Source of the DNA: a virus | Reading direction: 5' to 3' (one strand) | Virus record (IMG/VR): IMGVR_UViG_3300032323_001387 | Coordinates: 96,001-160,000 of that record | DNA length: 64,000 nucleotides | Part shown: piece after piece, positions 54,327 through 63,531 of the stretch | How positions within the stretch are numbered: position 1 is the first letter of the stretch | Layout: each line of letters starts with the position of its first letter | Notes under the pieces: generated by a model | Databases searched by the model: none | Told to the model about the DNA's origin: nothing | Seen by the model: only the letters and a program-made list of their open reading frames with translations | Translations under genes and position numbers: made by a program

Positions 54327-54704
54327 ATGACAGCAAGAGTAAACGGTTCAGTTGGTACTACAGACGGTGGTATCTATAATCCAGGTCAAAGCTTGGCATT
54401 TTTCAGAATCACTGTAAGAGATGATTCTGCAGCCGCAGTTGATCTACGTAGCAGTGACGGTACAGGTCAAGCATTGGAAGCTATCTTCTTTGCTTTGCCA
54501 ACAGGCATCATTGCTTATGATACAGCAAACGCTAACACAGGTGTTATCCACGTTATCGTTGACGGTCACGCCGCTCACACAGTTGCTAGCCTACAAGCCG
54601 CAATTCGTGCTTTAGGTACAGACGTTGGTAGCGATAGCAAAGACGTTTCTGGTACAGTCGTTGAAGCTGGTGCTGGTTTCACAGTATCTGCTAGCGCAGT
54701 TTAA
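54327..54704 (+). CDS. Probable abundant virion (decoration-type) protein
   Basis: TAAATA, AAGGAG SD, capsid-like codon bias, own terminator. Confidence 0.6.
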   Translation: MTARVNGSVGTTDGGIYNPGQSLAFFRITVRDDSAAAVDLRSSDGTGQALEAIFFALPTGIIAYDTANANTGVIHVIVDGHAAHTVASLQAAIRALGTDVGSDSKDVSGTVVEAGAGFTVSASAV

Positions 54705-54724
54705 TCCTAAAAGTTTACAGGATA

Positions 54725-54753
54725 GAAAGCCGCTCATCGAGCGGCTTTCATTT
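54725..54753 (+). terminator. Intrinsic terminator
   Basis: GAAAGCCGCTC-atc-GAGCGGCTTTC-attt. Confidence 0.75.
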
Positions 54754-54801
54754 GGCTCCTACTTTTGTTTTATAAGGTAAATAGTTAAAAGGAAGTTTAA
54801 T

Positions 54802-55245
54802 ATGCAAGCAACAGCAAGAACAGGCGAATATATCGGAGGTAACATAGAGTACTTTACTTGTTATACTCTAGTAGATATATCAGATTCAGGAATTTACGAT
54901 CCTACCGCAGGGCAGCCCTACGAACAAGCACAGAATTTAAATGCATTACTACAAGCTATTAGTTTAGGTAGTCAACCTATATTAACCAGCGTGGAAAAAT
55001 TAATAGCGGCAGATATGGATGACTTTGAATTTGGCAGCGACTTTACTGGCACACATAATATGTGGGTATTGCGTTTTGCCAGTGAAAGAGTTGGCAGTAT
55101 CACTGTTAATACATTGGTAAGGGATGTAGATGGCTTGCCAGTATATGATGATTTGGATGAAACTGCTACATTTGATTCAAATGTATTCGAAACCAACGAT
55201 TCGGCACAGACAAACATATATTTCGTTCGCAACGACAATCTATAA
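54802..55245 (+). CDS. Probable structural protein
   Basis: 147 aa; TAAATA upstream; YTLVDI...Q.QN...LLQ.ISL..QP. Confidence 0.65.
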   Translation: MQATARTGEYIGGNIEYFTCYTLVDISDSGIYDPTAGQPYEQAQNLNALLQAISLGSQPILTSVEKLIAADMDDFEFGSDFTGTHNMWVLRFASERVGSITVNTLVRDVDGLPVYDDLDETATFDSNVFETNDSAQTNIYFVRNDNL

Positions 55246-55355
55246 TTTAGATAAATATTAGCAACATTTTGGCACCAATCCATTGGCACATAACTTAGGC
55301 ACAAAAAATAATAACGCAGAGTGAGATAAACACATTTACAAGGAGTTAGTGTTAA

Positions 55356-55667
55356 ATGGTGAAAGCAGTAGCAGAACGACTGGGAATAGTTGAGACTAAA
55401 GTAGAAAATCTTGATAGCAAGATGGACGAATTGAAAGTCGATGTAAAAGAAATGCACGATTGTCTTGACAAAACCAGGGACGATTTAAAAGCAAAGTTAG
55501 ATGAAATGTACAGTGCCAGTTGCACTCAGCATGCCGAACTAGCTAAAAAAATCGCCACTATGGAAAAATTAAAAGATCGCTGGACATTTACAGTGGCAGG
55601 CGTTTTAGTTGCAGTTGGGTGGATCAGTGCTCATGGTACTGATATTATTAGAGTTTTAGCAAAATAA
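55356..55667 (+). CDS. Coiled-coil protein with C-terminal transmembrane helix (holin/XhlA-like architecture)
   Basis: Heptad coiled coil then WTFTVAGVLVAVGWI. Confidence 0.55.
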   Translation: MVKAVAERLGIVETKVENLDSKMDELKVDVKEMHDCLDKTRDDLKAKLDEMYSASCTQHAELAKKIATMEKLKDRWTFTVAGVLVAVGWISAHGTDIIRVLAK

Positions 55668-55668
55668 T

Positions 55669-55974
55669 ATGAATGAATTTGAAGTCATTGTCGAAGACAC
55701 AGAAGAACCTTTAACAGAGGCTAAGAGAGTATGGGCCAAGCGCGGCAAGAAATTAAAGCGCATGATTCGTTGCACCAGCGGTAAGAAAAAAGGCAGGACA
55801 GTGGCTAATATCGGTGCATGTAGTAAAGCTATTGATGTTAAGAAGAGATTTATGATGAAGCGTATCAGAAAACGCTTCAACACAAAGATAGTTAGAAAAA
55901 GCAAGAGAACAAAAGCATTTAATCCGCTAAGTAAACGATTAAAGACAATGAATAAAGCAACAAATAAAAGGTAA
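55669..55974 (+). CDS. Highly basic probable head/core DNA-binding protein
   Basis: Acidic leader ending LTE, then a Lys/Arg-rich body. Confidence 0.65.
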   Translation: MNEFEVIVEDTEEPLTEAKRVWAKRGKKLKRMIRCTSGKKKGRTVANIGACSKAIDVKKRFMMKRIRKRFNTKIVRKSKRTKAFNPLSKRLKTMNKATNKR

Positions 55975-55980
55975 ACATAT

Positions 55981-56400
55981 ATGGCAGATGATCGCAGTTT
56001 AAAAGATGTTATACGATTCGTGGATCCTAGCGGTGACATGAGTGATGCTGACATCGCACAAGTTGGTCGTGAATTAAAGTTTACCGAAGTTCTAGACTTA
56101 ATTACAAAAGTAGGCGAAGATGACGTCGATGGCGCAAGAAACATACTAGCAAAATATGACGACCGATTTAACGTAGCCAAAGAATACAGTAATGCTAAAC
56201 CGGGTCCTGGTAGTAGCTTTAAACCAATCAAGCCCGTGGGATCTGCTCCAACAATAGCTAGGCCCAATACAAATCCAAATGGCCCGCAAGATGACGACAG
56301 CGAAGGCGCAAAATTGGATACAGCACTACAAGATCCACAGACTAAGAATAGACCAGAAGTAAGACAAATACAAAATCTTTTACAAAGGATGAAGAGATGA
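55981..56400 (+). CDS. Hypothetical protein
   Basis: 139 aa in a tight operon. Confidence 0.65.
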   Translation: MADDRSLKDVIRFVDPSGDMSDADIAQVGRELKFTEVLDLITKVGEDDVDGARNILAKYDDRFNVAKEYSNAKPGPGSSFKPIKPVGSAPTIARPNTNPNGPQDDDSEGAKLDTALQDPQTKNRPEVRQIQNLLQRMKR

Positions 56401-56780
56401 AAGTAGTTGATCTTATAGCAGAAAGCTATCATGGCTTTGTTGGTCACATGAAAGAATTTGGCAAAGTTAGGCGAGAAATAGATCAATCAATTCCAAATGC
56501 TAGGATTGAACCACAACTAAGAAATACAGATACTTACATGCAAATGCGATATGGTATGGCATTAGCGGCAGCTTCTGCTGCTCAAGATAAAAGCTTTGAA
56601 CAAGAAAGTCCATGGGCAGAAAATCTAGGTATACTGGCATATTCGGACGAAGAGATCAAAATTATACAGGCAGCTGACAAACTAATGGGTGTTAAAAGCG
56701 TAGCACTCAGTAAGAAAAGCAAAGAGCGTGACGACATTGGATCTGCCAGTCCAGTCGCCGATACTTCCTGGAGACGCTAA
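56397..56780 (+). CDS. Hypothetical (probable internal head) protein
   Basis: MKVVDLIAE N-terminus. Confidence 0.65.
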   Translation: MKVVDLIAESYHGFVGHMKEFGKVRREIDQSIPNARIEPQLRNTDTYMQMRYGMALAAASAAQDKSFEQESPWAENLGILAYSDEEIKIIQAADKLMGVKSVALSKKSKERDDIGSASPVADTSWRR

Positions 56781-56995
56781 TGAAAATAGGTGAATTGATA
56801 TCTGGTCTTAAGTATATGGTAACCAATGAGCAAAGGGAAGTATTCACGTTGCTCAAACAACACAAAGAAATCCCCAGAACAGAACTGGATGAAAGACAGC
56901 ATAGATTGGCAGAGCAAATGTCCAGTCAAGGTTTAATAGATAGAATTTACAATGAAGAAACAGAAACGGTCAGCTACAAACTATTCAACAAGTAA
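56780..56995 (+). CDS. Small winged-helix-like hypothetical protein
   Basis: 71 aa; MKIGEL start; A..M...GLI.R pattern. Confidence 0.6.
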   Translation: MKIGELISGLKYMVTNEQREVFTLLKQHKEIPRTELDERQHRLAEQMSSQGLIDRIYNEETETVSYKLFNK

Positions 56996-57443
56996 TATAG
57001 ACATTACTCGTTTGCAAAAGAAAGTTGGTAGTATGTTGGATTCTAGTATACCAAAAAATATATTAGGAATGCTTGCTACAGTAGAAGACATGGGTGATAG
57101 TTTGATATTTTATAAAAGATGGAAACTAGTCCCAGTAGAGAAACATAATTACGAAATCATCGATCTGAGAACTAACGAAACTGTTTATTCGATGATATCA
57201 TTATTCACTAGTGCAATGTACATGATATATCATATGCACAAGCAAACAGCTTATCCTTGTCCAAAAGAACAGTTAATCTACGGAGTCGACCAGGAATATT
57301 ACAGGTGTATGGAAAACATAAGGTTTTATGCTAAAAAATCCAGTACCAAAGATATGGACAAGTTAGAACTATACTCGGCTAGAATTCAAGACAGTTATTA
57401 TAAACTGGATGAAATTAAAACCCGATTATCTAAAATATATTGA
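56952..57443 (+). CDS. Hypothetical protein
   Basis: 163 aa ORF. Confidence 0.6.
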   Translation: MKKQKRSATNYSTSNIDITRLQKKVGSMLDSSIPKNILGMLATVEDMGDSLIFYKRWKLVPVEKHNYEIIDLRTNETVYSMISLFTSAMYMIYHMHKQTAYPCPKEQLIYGVDQEYYRCMENIRFYAKKSSTKDMDKLELYSARIQDSYYKLDEIKTRLSKIY

Positions 57444-57469
57444 TAAATAAACAAAAGGATACCTTAACC

Positions 57470-58159
57470 ATGAACACTTCAGAAATTTTTAATCCAGCAC
57501 AGCGTAAACAGCGTGTTATTGAAAGTTTTTTAAACAGCCACTATGGCCTTAAGTTGCAAGCTCGCGGCGATGTTGTACAAGTACAAACTTTGATTAATAA
57601 GTTGGTCACTGAAAACCATCATATGGCCAGCACAACAAGAAACTATCAAAATACAGATCGTTATGTAAAGAACACAATGATCATTGAAGCATTAAAGCAC
57701 ATTCTTAAAGAGATTGCTCCTATGCGTACAGTTCGTAAAATGAACGAACAAAGCGGCGAAGATTTGGCTCAAGCTGAACTGATCCTTGTTGCACAAAACA
57801 TGGTAGAAGAACTACAGAAGATGGCTGAAGACGTTGCACAAATGCAAACGGATGATCTAATGCCATTGGAAGAGAAAATGAAAACTACTTTTGGTCAAGA
57901 ACAAGGTCAAGCATTTGGCGCTAGTGCAGATCAAGTATTTTCTACGTTGTTAGACGCAGTTAAGGCTGCTAAAGACGAACTAAGCAACGCAGTTGGTGTA
58001 CTTAAAGGCGAAGCTCCTGCAATGCCCGGTGACGCAACGGGCGGCGCTGATCTGGACCAGACTGGCGGAGCATTGGACGCATTAGCCGGTGACGAATTTG
58101 GCACAGCAGACGCAGCTTCGGGCGAAGAAGATTTACCAACAGGCCGTGATCTAAAGTAA
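57470..58159 (+). CDS. Probable head/core protein
   Basis: TAAATA plus AGGA SD; MNE|Q site; acidic tail; start at 57470. Confidence 0.65.
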   Translation: MNTSEIFNPAQRKQRVIESFLNSHYGLKLQARGDVVQVQTLINKLVTENHHMASTTRNYQNTDRYVKNTMIIEALKHILKEIAPMRTVRKMNEQSGEDLAQAELILVAQNMVEELQKMAEDVAQMQTDDLMPLEEKMKTTFGQEQGQAFGASADQVFSTLLDAVKAAKDELSNAVGVLKGEAPAMPGDATGGADLDQTGGALDALAGDEFGTADAASGEEDLPTGRDLK

Positions 58160-58488
58160 TGAGACTATTTGAATTTGTTGACAGTGATGCAGAATTATTG
58201 GGCTTGATTAAGCCCATTCTGCTTCGCGCCAAAGCCGAAGGTGCAACTGATATTCCTATGACTCAATTGTTAAACGATTTAGACCACAGAGATGAAATCA
58301 CCCCAGAGTTAATGATAGATGTATTACGTAGACATAGAAAAGATTTAAAAAATATTATAACAACAGCAAATGTAGACAGTATTGTTTTATCTACAGGTCC
58401 TGTCAAAGCAATGACATCGAAACAAGATCAAAATGTTAACAAAATGAAAAATACAGCGTTACAACAAGCATTGGATAACCTAAAATGA
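58159..58488 (+). CDS. Hypothetical protein
   Basis: MRLFEF N-terminus; coupled by TAATG. Confidence 0.65.
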   Translation: MRLFEFVDSDAELLGLIKPILLRAKAEGATDIPMTQLLNDLDHRDEITPELMIDVLRRHRKDLKNIITTANVDSIVLSTGPVKAMTSKQDQNVNKMKNTALQQALDNLK

Positions 58489-58826
58489 AAAACATAATGT
58501 TAACAGCAACACAGGCCCGTGCCAAATCACAAAATGATTCATTAATTTTCAATGAAGTTAGAGACATTGAAGATGCAATTTTATCTGCAATCGATTCTGG
58601 ATTATATGACGCTACTGTAACTGGTACAGCAATGACAGCAACTGTTAGCCCAGGATCTTTAACAGCCATCCAGTATTTTAATACATGGCAAGGTAGCATC
58701 GATGACAGAGCCAAATTTTTACAAATGAGTCAAGTTATAACTTACTTCACTGATTTGGGATACTCTATAGAACGCAGAACTAACTCATTGACTGGTAACA
58801 CATTCAAATGGGTTATTAGTTGGTAA
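58485..58826 (+). CDS. Hypothetical protein
   Basis: 113 aa ending F..LGY.I.R...TF.W.I.W. Confidence 0.65.
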   Translation: MKNIMLTATQARAKSQNDSLIFNEVRDIEDAILSAIDSGLYDATVTGTAMTATVSPGSLTAIQYFNTWQGSIDDRAKFLQMSQVITYFTDLGYSIERRTNSLTGNTFKWVISW

Positions 58827-58871
58827 TACTACCATAGACACAACTGTAATAAGAGTGTAAAATAACACTCT

Positions 58872-59534
58872 ATGCTATTCAATCCAAAATATCAATATCA
58901 AACATTAAAGCGAGTAGAATCCAATGGCTCTCGACTTTACGACACACCGGCAGGCAAAGTTGCCAGTGTTACAACAATCCTCGACAGTACCAAAGACAAA
59001 ACATTTCTAATTGAATGGCGTAAACGTGTAGGTGACTCCGAGGCTAATCGGATTAGTAAAGAAGCATCCGGTTTAGGTACACTAATGCACTTGCATTTGG
59101 AAAATTACGTTATCGGCAAACCGAGACCAGAAGGTAATAATTTGGTTCAGACTATGGCTCGCTCCATGGCCGATACTATGATTAACGAAGCCTTTCCTAA
59201 CGTAGACGAAGTATGGGGAATCGAATCTAGTCTTTATTACCCGGGCCTTTATGCAGGCACTAGTGATATGATCGGTGTATGGCGAGGTAAGCCTGCTATT
59301 ATCGATCATAAGACAAGTACCAAGCCTAAGAAGAAAGAATGGATTGAAGACTATTTCCTACAATGTTGTGCATACGCATTAGCGCACAATGAAGTACATG
59401 GCACTGATATTAGAACATGTGCTATTAATATCATTGACCGCGACGCAAAGTTACAAAGCTTTGTTATTGAAGGCAATGAGTTCGATCATTATAGTATAGA
59501 GTGGACCAAGCGAGTTGATCAATTTTATAAATAA
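58872..59534 (+). CDS. PD-(D/E)XK exonuclease (Cas4/lambda-exonuclease-like)
   Basis: SVTTIL, WRKRVG, GT.MH..LE, YAGT.D, IIDHKTS, Q..AY. Confidence 0.88.
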   Translation: MLFNPKYQYQTLKRVESNGSRLYDTPAGKVASVTTILDSTKDKTFLIEWRKRVGDSEANRISKEASGLGTLMHLHLENYVIGKPRPEGNNLVQTMARSMADTMINEAFPNVDEVWGIESSLYYPGLYAGTSDMIGVWRGKPAIIDHKTSTKPKKKEWIEDYFLQCCAYALAHNEVHGTDIRTCAINIIDRDAKLQSFVIEGNEFDHYSIEWTKRVDQFYK

Positions 59535-59554
59535 CATTTTAAAGCAGGAATAAA

Positions 59555-60007
59555 GTGCATCACGATTTAACTGTCTGGTACGGAACAACAACGGAAAAGA
59601 TTTTAGCATGGAGAGAACTACGAACCACGCTAGCAGATAAGCAGCCCGAAGAAATTATCGAGGCAGTGGATCAATGGTGGACATTCACACCGTGGGTACG
59701 TAAGACTATAGATCCATATAAACCCGATACCTGGCCCACTCCATGGGATATGATTAATAAAGGCGAGTTCTGTCGCAGTGCTATTGCATTAGGACAAGCA
59801 TATACATTATGGATGTGTAGTCCCCAACTTAACACTGAGCTTTGGTTAGTGAATAATTTTAGTGAAAAAGATGTTCATTTAGTAGTAGTTATTGATCAGA
59901 ATACTGTGCTAAATTATACACTAGGCCACGTGTTGCCCATGGAAGAATGTAACTTTGAGGTCTTGAATAAAGTTACCAAAAGTGAACTCAATCACATTAA
60001 AATATAA
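59555..60007 (+). CDS. Transglutaminase-like cysteine protease fold protein (BTLCP-like)
   Basis: WPTPW.....FC..AIA....TL ... HLVVVID..VLN. Confidence 0.55.
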   Translation: MHHDLTVWYGTTTEKILAWRELRTTLADKQPEEIIEAVDQWWTFTPWVRKTIDPYKPDTWPTPWDMINKGEFCRSAIALGQAYTLWMCSPQLNTELWLVNNFSEKDVHLVVVIDQNTVLNYTLGHVLPMEECNFEVLNKVTKSELNHIKI

Positions 60008-60085
60008 TAAAATAACCTGTAACAGAAGTTAAATAGACTACTAAGAATTAAAAGCAGTACAAGAAGAGAAAAGGAAATTACATAC

Positions 60086-62428
60086 ATGATAACATCCAAC
60101 AAGCCCATTACGGTTTTAAAGCGAAGCGGAGATTACGAAGAACTACACATAGAAAAATGGCAAGCGCAAGTAGCTAAAATTTGTAAAGGCATAGCTGATG
60201 TTAGCCAATCAATGATTGAGATCAAAGCACAACCACATTTTTATGATGGTATTACTACTCGCGAAATTGATGAGATTACATTACGTGCCATTGTCAACCT
60301 TATTGACGTTGAAGCAAATCCAGACATTGGCAATATTAACTATCAATTCGTAGCAGGCAAACAGCGCATTAGTATGTTGCGTAAAGACGTATACGGTTCA
60401 TACAAGCCTCCGCACCTTTATGACATTGTGTTAAAGAATGTCAGCGTGGGATTATACACACCTGAGCTTCTACAGTGGTATACAGCAGAAGATTGGGACA
60501 AGATGAATGCCATGCTGGATCATGAAAAAGATGAACAGTATAGTTATGCCGCTATCGAACAACTAATTGAAAAATATCTTGTCAAGAATCGTAGCACTAA
60601 GGAAATTTATGAAACACCACAGATCAGATATATGGTCGCCGCCGCTACTGTGTTCCACAAAGAAGAGCCTAATTCGGCTCGTATGCGCTACATCAAAGAA
60701 TACTACAATGCTGCTAGTGATGGTCTTTTCACTCTCGCTACTCCTGTACTTGCTGGGCTTGGTACTCCGACTAAACAGTTTAGCAGTTGCGTTCTTATCC
60801 GTAGTGATGACGATCTCGATTCTATATTTGCTAGTGGTGAAATGATGGCCAAGTATGCCAGCAAGCGAGCTGGTATTGGTTTAGAAATTGGTCGCTTACG
60901 TCCACTAGGTAGTCCTATACGTGGCGGCGAGATCATGCACACAGGCATGATACCCTTCTTGAAGAAGTGGTTTGGAGATCTGCGTAGTTGCAGTCAAGGA
61001 GGCATTCGTAATGCTAGTGCTACAGTTTTTTATCCTATTTGGCATCATCAGTTTGATGATCTTATCGTCCTTAAGAACAACCAAGGAACAGAAGAAACCC
61101 GAGTCCGTCATATGGATTATGGGGTTGTGCTTAGTGCCTTCTTCTTCCGACGATTTAAAAACAAAGAAAACATAACATTCTTTGATCCTAATGAAGTACC
61201 CGACTTGTACGAAGCTTTCTATTCAAACACTAGTTTGTTTGAAGAACTATATGTAAAATATGAAAATACTACAGGTCTTCGTAAGAAGACTATGAGTGCC
61301 GAAGAAGTATTCAAGAGTGGTATTCTAAAAGAACGTACAGACACTGGGCGCATCTATCTAGTGTTTATTGACAACGTGATGAATCAAGGTCCTTTCGATC
61401 CTGAATATCATACCATTTACCAGAGTAACCTTTGCTGTGAAATCTTATTACCTACTAAGTCTTTTAAACGTCTTGATGATCCCGATGGTCGTATCGCTTT
61501 ATGTACACTTGGTAGCATCAACTGGGGAGCTTTCCGCAATCCAGAAGATATGCGTAGGGCTTGCCGTATTCTTCACCGCAGCCTTAACAATATTCTCGAT
61601 TACCAAGATTTTCTTTCTATACAGTCTAAGTTAAGCAACGAAGAAATTCGCCCGTTGGGCATTGGAGTAACTAACTTAGCTTACTGGCATGCCAAGCGTG
61701 GTATGAAGTACGGTGAAAAAGACTCATTGAATGAAGTTAAATCATGGAGCGAACATCAAGCTTATTACTTAACTGAAGCTAGCGTTGAGCTAGCCAAAGA
61801 GCGAGGCAAATGTTTGGACAGTGATAGAACAAGATATGGACAAGGTATTTTCCCTTGGGAACGTCGCACCGAAGGTGTAAACGAATTGGCAAACTTTGTT
61901 CCTGAATTAGATTGGGAACCATTACGTGAACAAATGAAAATCTATGGTGTTCGTAATGCAACACTAATGGCTATTGCCCCTGTCGAGTCTAGCAGTGTTG
62001 TTATTAATTCAACTAATGGTATCGAAATGCCAATGAGTTTAATCAGTACTAAGGAAAGTAAAGCGGGATCATTTACACAGGTAGTACCCGAGTATCACAA
62101 GTTAAAGAACAAGTATCAACTAATGTGGGATCAAAAGGATTGTATTGGCTATATTAAGACTGCGGCAGTATTGGCAGCATATACCGATCAAAGTATTAGT
62201 ACGAACACATTCTATAATCCTGCACATTTCTCTGATAGAAAAGTTCCTACTACTTTAATTGCCAAGAATTTGATGTTGGCACACCACTGGGGATTGAAGA
62301 CATTCTATTATAGCTTGATTAACAAAGCAGGAAGTAAAGCAGTAGAAGAACAACCTGATAATGTTATCAGTTTAAATTTTAATCAACAAGATGATTTTGA
62401 AGATGATTGCGAGGCATGTAAATTATGA
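60086..62428 (+). CDS. nrdA: Ribonucleotide reductase class Ia alpha subunit
   Basis: ATP cone (VLKRSG), TPV, FSSC, SNLCCEI, LCTL, AP.ESSS, DQSIS, KTFYY, CEAC. Confidence 0.97.
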   Translation: MITSNKPITVLKRSGDYEELHIEKWQAQVAKICKGIADVSQSMIEIKAQPHFYDGITTREIDEITLRAIVNLIDVEANPDIGNINYQFVAGKQRISMLRKDVYGSYKPPHLYDIVLKNVSVGLYTPELLQWYTAEDWDKMNAMLDHEKDEQYSYAAIEQLIEKYLVKNRSTKEIYETPQIRYMVAAATVFHKEEPNSARMRYIKEYYNAASDGLFTLATPVLAGLGTPTKQFSSCVLIRSDDDLDSIFASGEMMAKYASKRAGIGLEIGRLRPLGSPIRGGEIMHTGMIPFLKKWFGDLRSCSQGGIRNASATVFYPIWHHQFDDLIVLKNNQGTEETRVRHMDYGVVLSAFFFRRFKNKENITFFDPNEVPDLYEAFYSNTSLFEELYVKYENTTGLRKKTMSAEEVFKSGILKERTDTGRIYLVFIDNVMNQGPFDPEYHTIYQSNLCCEILLPTKSFKRLDDPDGRIALCTLGSINWGAFRNPEDMRRACRILHRSLNNILDYQDFLSIQSKLSNEEIRPLGIGVTNLAYWHAKRGMKYGEKDSLNEVKSWSEHQAYYLTEASVELAKERGKCLDSDRTRYGQGIFPWERRTEGVNELANFVPELDWEPLREQMKIYGVRNATLMAIAPVESSSVVINSTNGIEMPMSLISTKESKAGSFTQVVPEYHKLKNKYQLMWDQKDCIGYIKTAAVLAAYTDQSISTNTFYNPAHFSDRKVPTTLIAKNLMLAHHWGLKTFYYSLINKAGSKAVEEQPDNVISLNFNQQDDFEDDCEACKL

Positions 62429-63525
62429 GCACACAACAATATAACCTAACAACTAAAACAGATTATTTGAATCGTAAAATGTTTTTGGACCCAGAAGGCC
62501 CGGTAACTATTCAAAGGTTTGAAGAAGTAAAATATAAAAAAGTCGCAGACTTTGAAACTACAGCACGTGGTTTCTTTTGGGTGCCAGAAGAAATTAGTTT
62601 GACCAAAGATGCAAATGATTTTAAAGATGCCAGTGACGCAGTTAAGCATATTTTTACCAGTAACTTGCTAAGACAAACAGCACTTGATAGTTTGCAAGGG
62701 CGCGGACCTAGCCAAGTGTTTTCGCCTGTGGTATCGTTGCCTGAACTAGAAGCATTGATTTATAACTGGAGTTTCTTTGAAACAAACATTCACAGTCGCA
62801 GTTACAGCCATATCATTCGTAATATCTACAACGTGCCCAAGGAAGTGTTTAACACTATTCACGACACCAAAGAGATTGTAGACATGGCCAGTAGTGTTGG
62901 TCGTTATTACGATGCACTGCACAAAATTAATTGCTTAAAAGAGGTCGGCGGTGAAGTCAATGAAAGCGAACACATCAAAGCAATTTGGTTAGCACTAAAC
63001 GCCAGCTATGCGTTAGAGGCGTTCCGCTTTATGGTATCATTTGCTACAAGTCTTGCTATGGTGGAGAATAAAATCTTTATCGGTAATGGCAACATCATTA
63101 GCTTGATTCTACAAGACGAGCTGCTACACAAAGGATGGACTGCTTTCTTAATTAACCAAGTGGTCAAAGAAGACGCTCGCTTTGCACAGGCTAAAATCGA
63201 ATGTGAAGCCGAGGTATACCAAATGTACGTGGAAGTTATCCGTGAAGAAAAAGACTGGGCAGATTATTTGTTTAAAATGGGTCCGGTTATTGGACTTAAC
63301 GCAAACATTTTAAAGGACTTTGTTGACTATACAGCAGTCAATGCTTTAAAGGAAATAGGCATTAAATATCAAAGTACTGCACCAAAGAGTACTCCTATTC
63401 CTTGGTTTAACAAACACAGCGACACAAGTAAGAAACAAACAGCGTTACAGGAAAGTGAAAGCACTAATTATGTTATTGGTGTGATGAGTGAAAATATTGA
63501 CTATGATGCATTACCTGCGCTATAA
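62425..63525 (+). CDS. nrdB: Ribonucleotide reductase class Ia beta subunit
   Basis: FFWVPEE, LDS.QGR, E..IHSRSY, LEA.RF..SF, DE.LH, QE.E..NY. Confidence 0.97.
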   Translation: MSTQQYNLTTKTDYLNRKMFLDPEGPVTIQRFEEVKYKKVADFETTARGFFWVPEEISLTKDANDFKDASDAVKHIFTSNLLRQTALDSLQGRGPSQVFSPVVSLPELEALIYNWSFFETNIHSRSYSHIIRNIYNVPKEVFNTIHDTKEIVDMASSVGRYYDALHKINCLKEVGGEVNESEHIKAIWLALNASYALEAFRFMVSFATSLAMVENKIFIGNGNIISLILQDELLHKGWTAFLINQVVKEDARFAQAKIECEAEVYQMYVEVIREEKDWADYLFKMGPVIGLNANILKDFVDYTAVNALKEIGIKYQSTAPKSTPIPWFNKHSDTSKKQTALQESESTNYVIGVMSENIDYDALPAL

Positions 63526-63531
63526 TATATC

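Noticed and set aside
58872-59534. Cas4 as evidence of a CRISPR system
   Set aside because: It lacks the Fe-S cysteine set, and there is no array or other cas gene; it looks like an ordinary phage PD-(D/E)XK exonuclease.
423-62649. Many antisense or alternative-frame ORFs in the track (e.g. 1023-1325, 36244-36690, 41084-41632, 55656-56486)
   Set aside because: They overlap well-supported genes, lack SD or promoter signals and show shadow-frame composition.
32614-63525. Inteins or introns in terminase, uvsX, helicase or nrdAB
   Set aside because: Protein lengths are normal, motifs are contiguous and no splice-junction signatures were seen.
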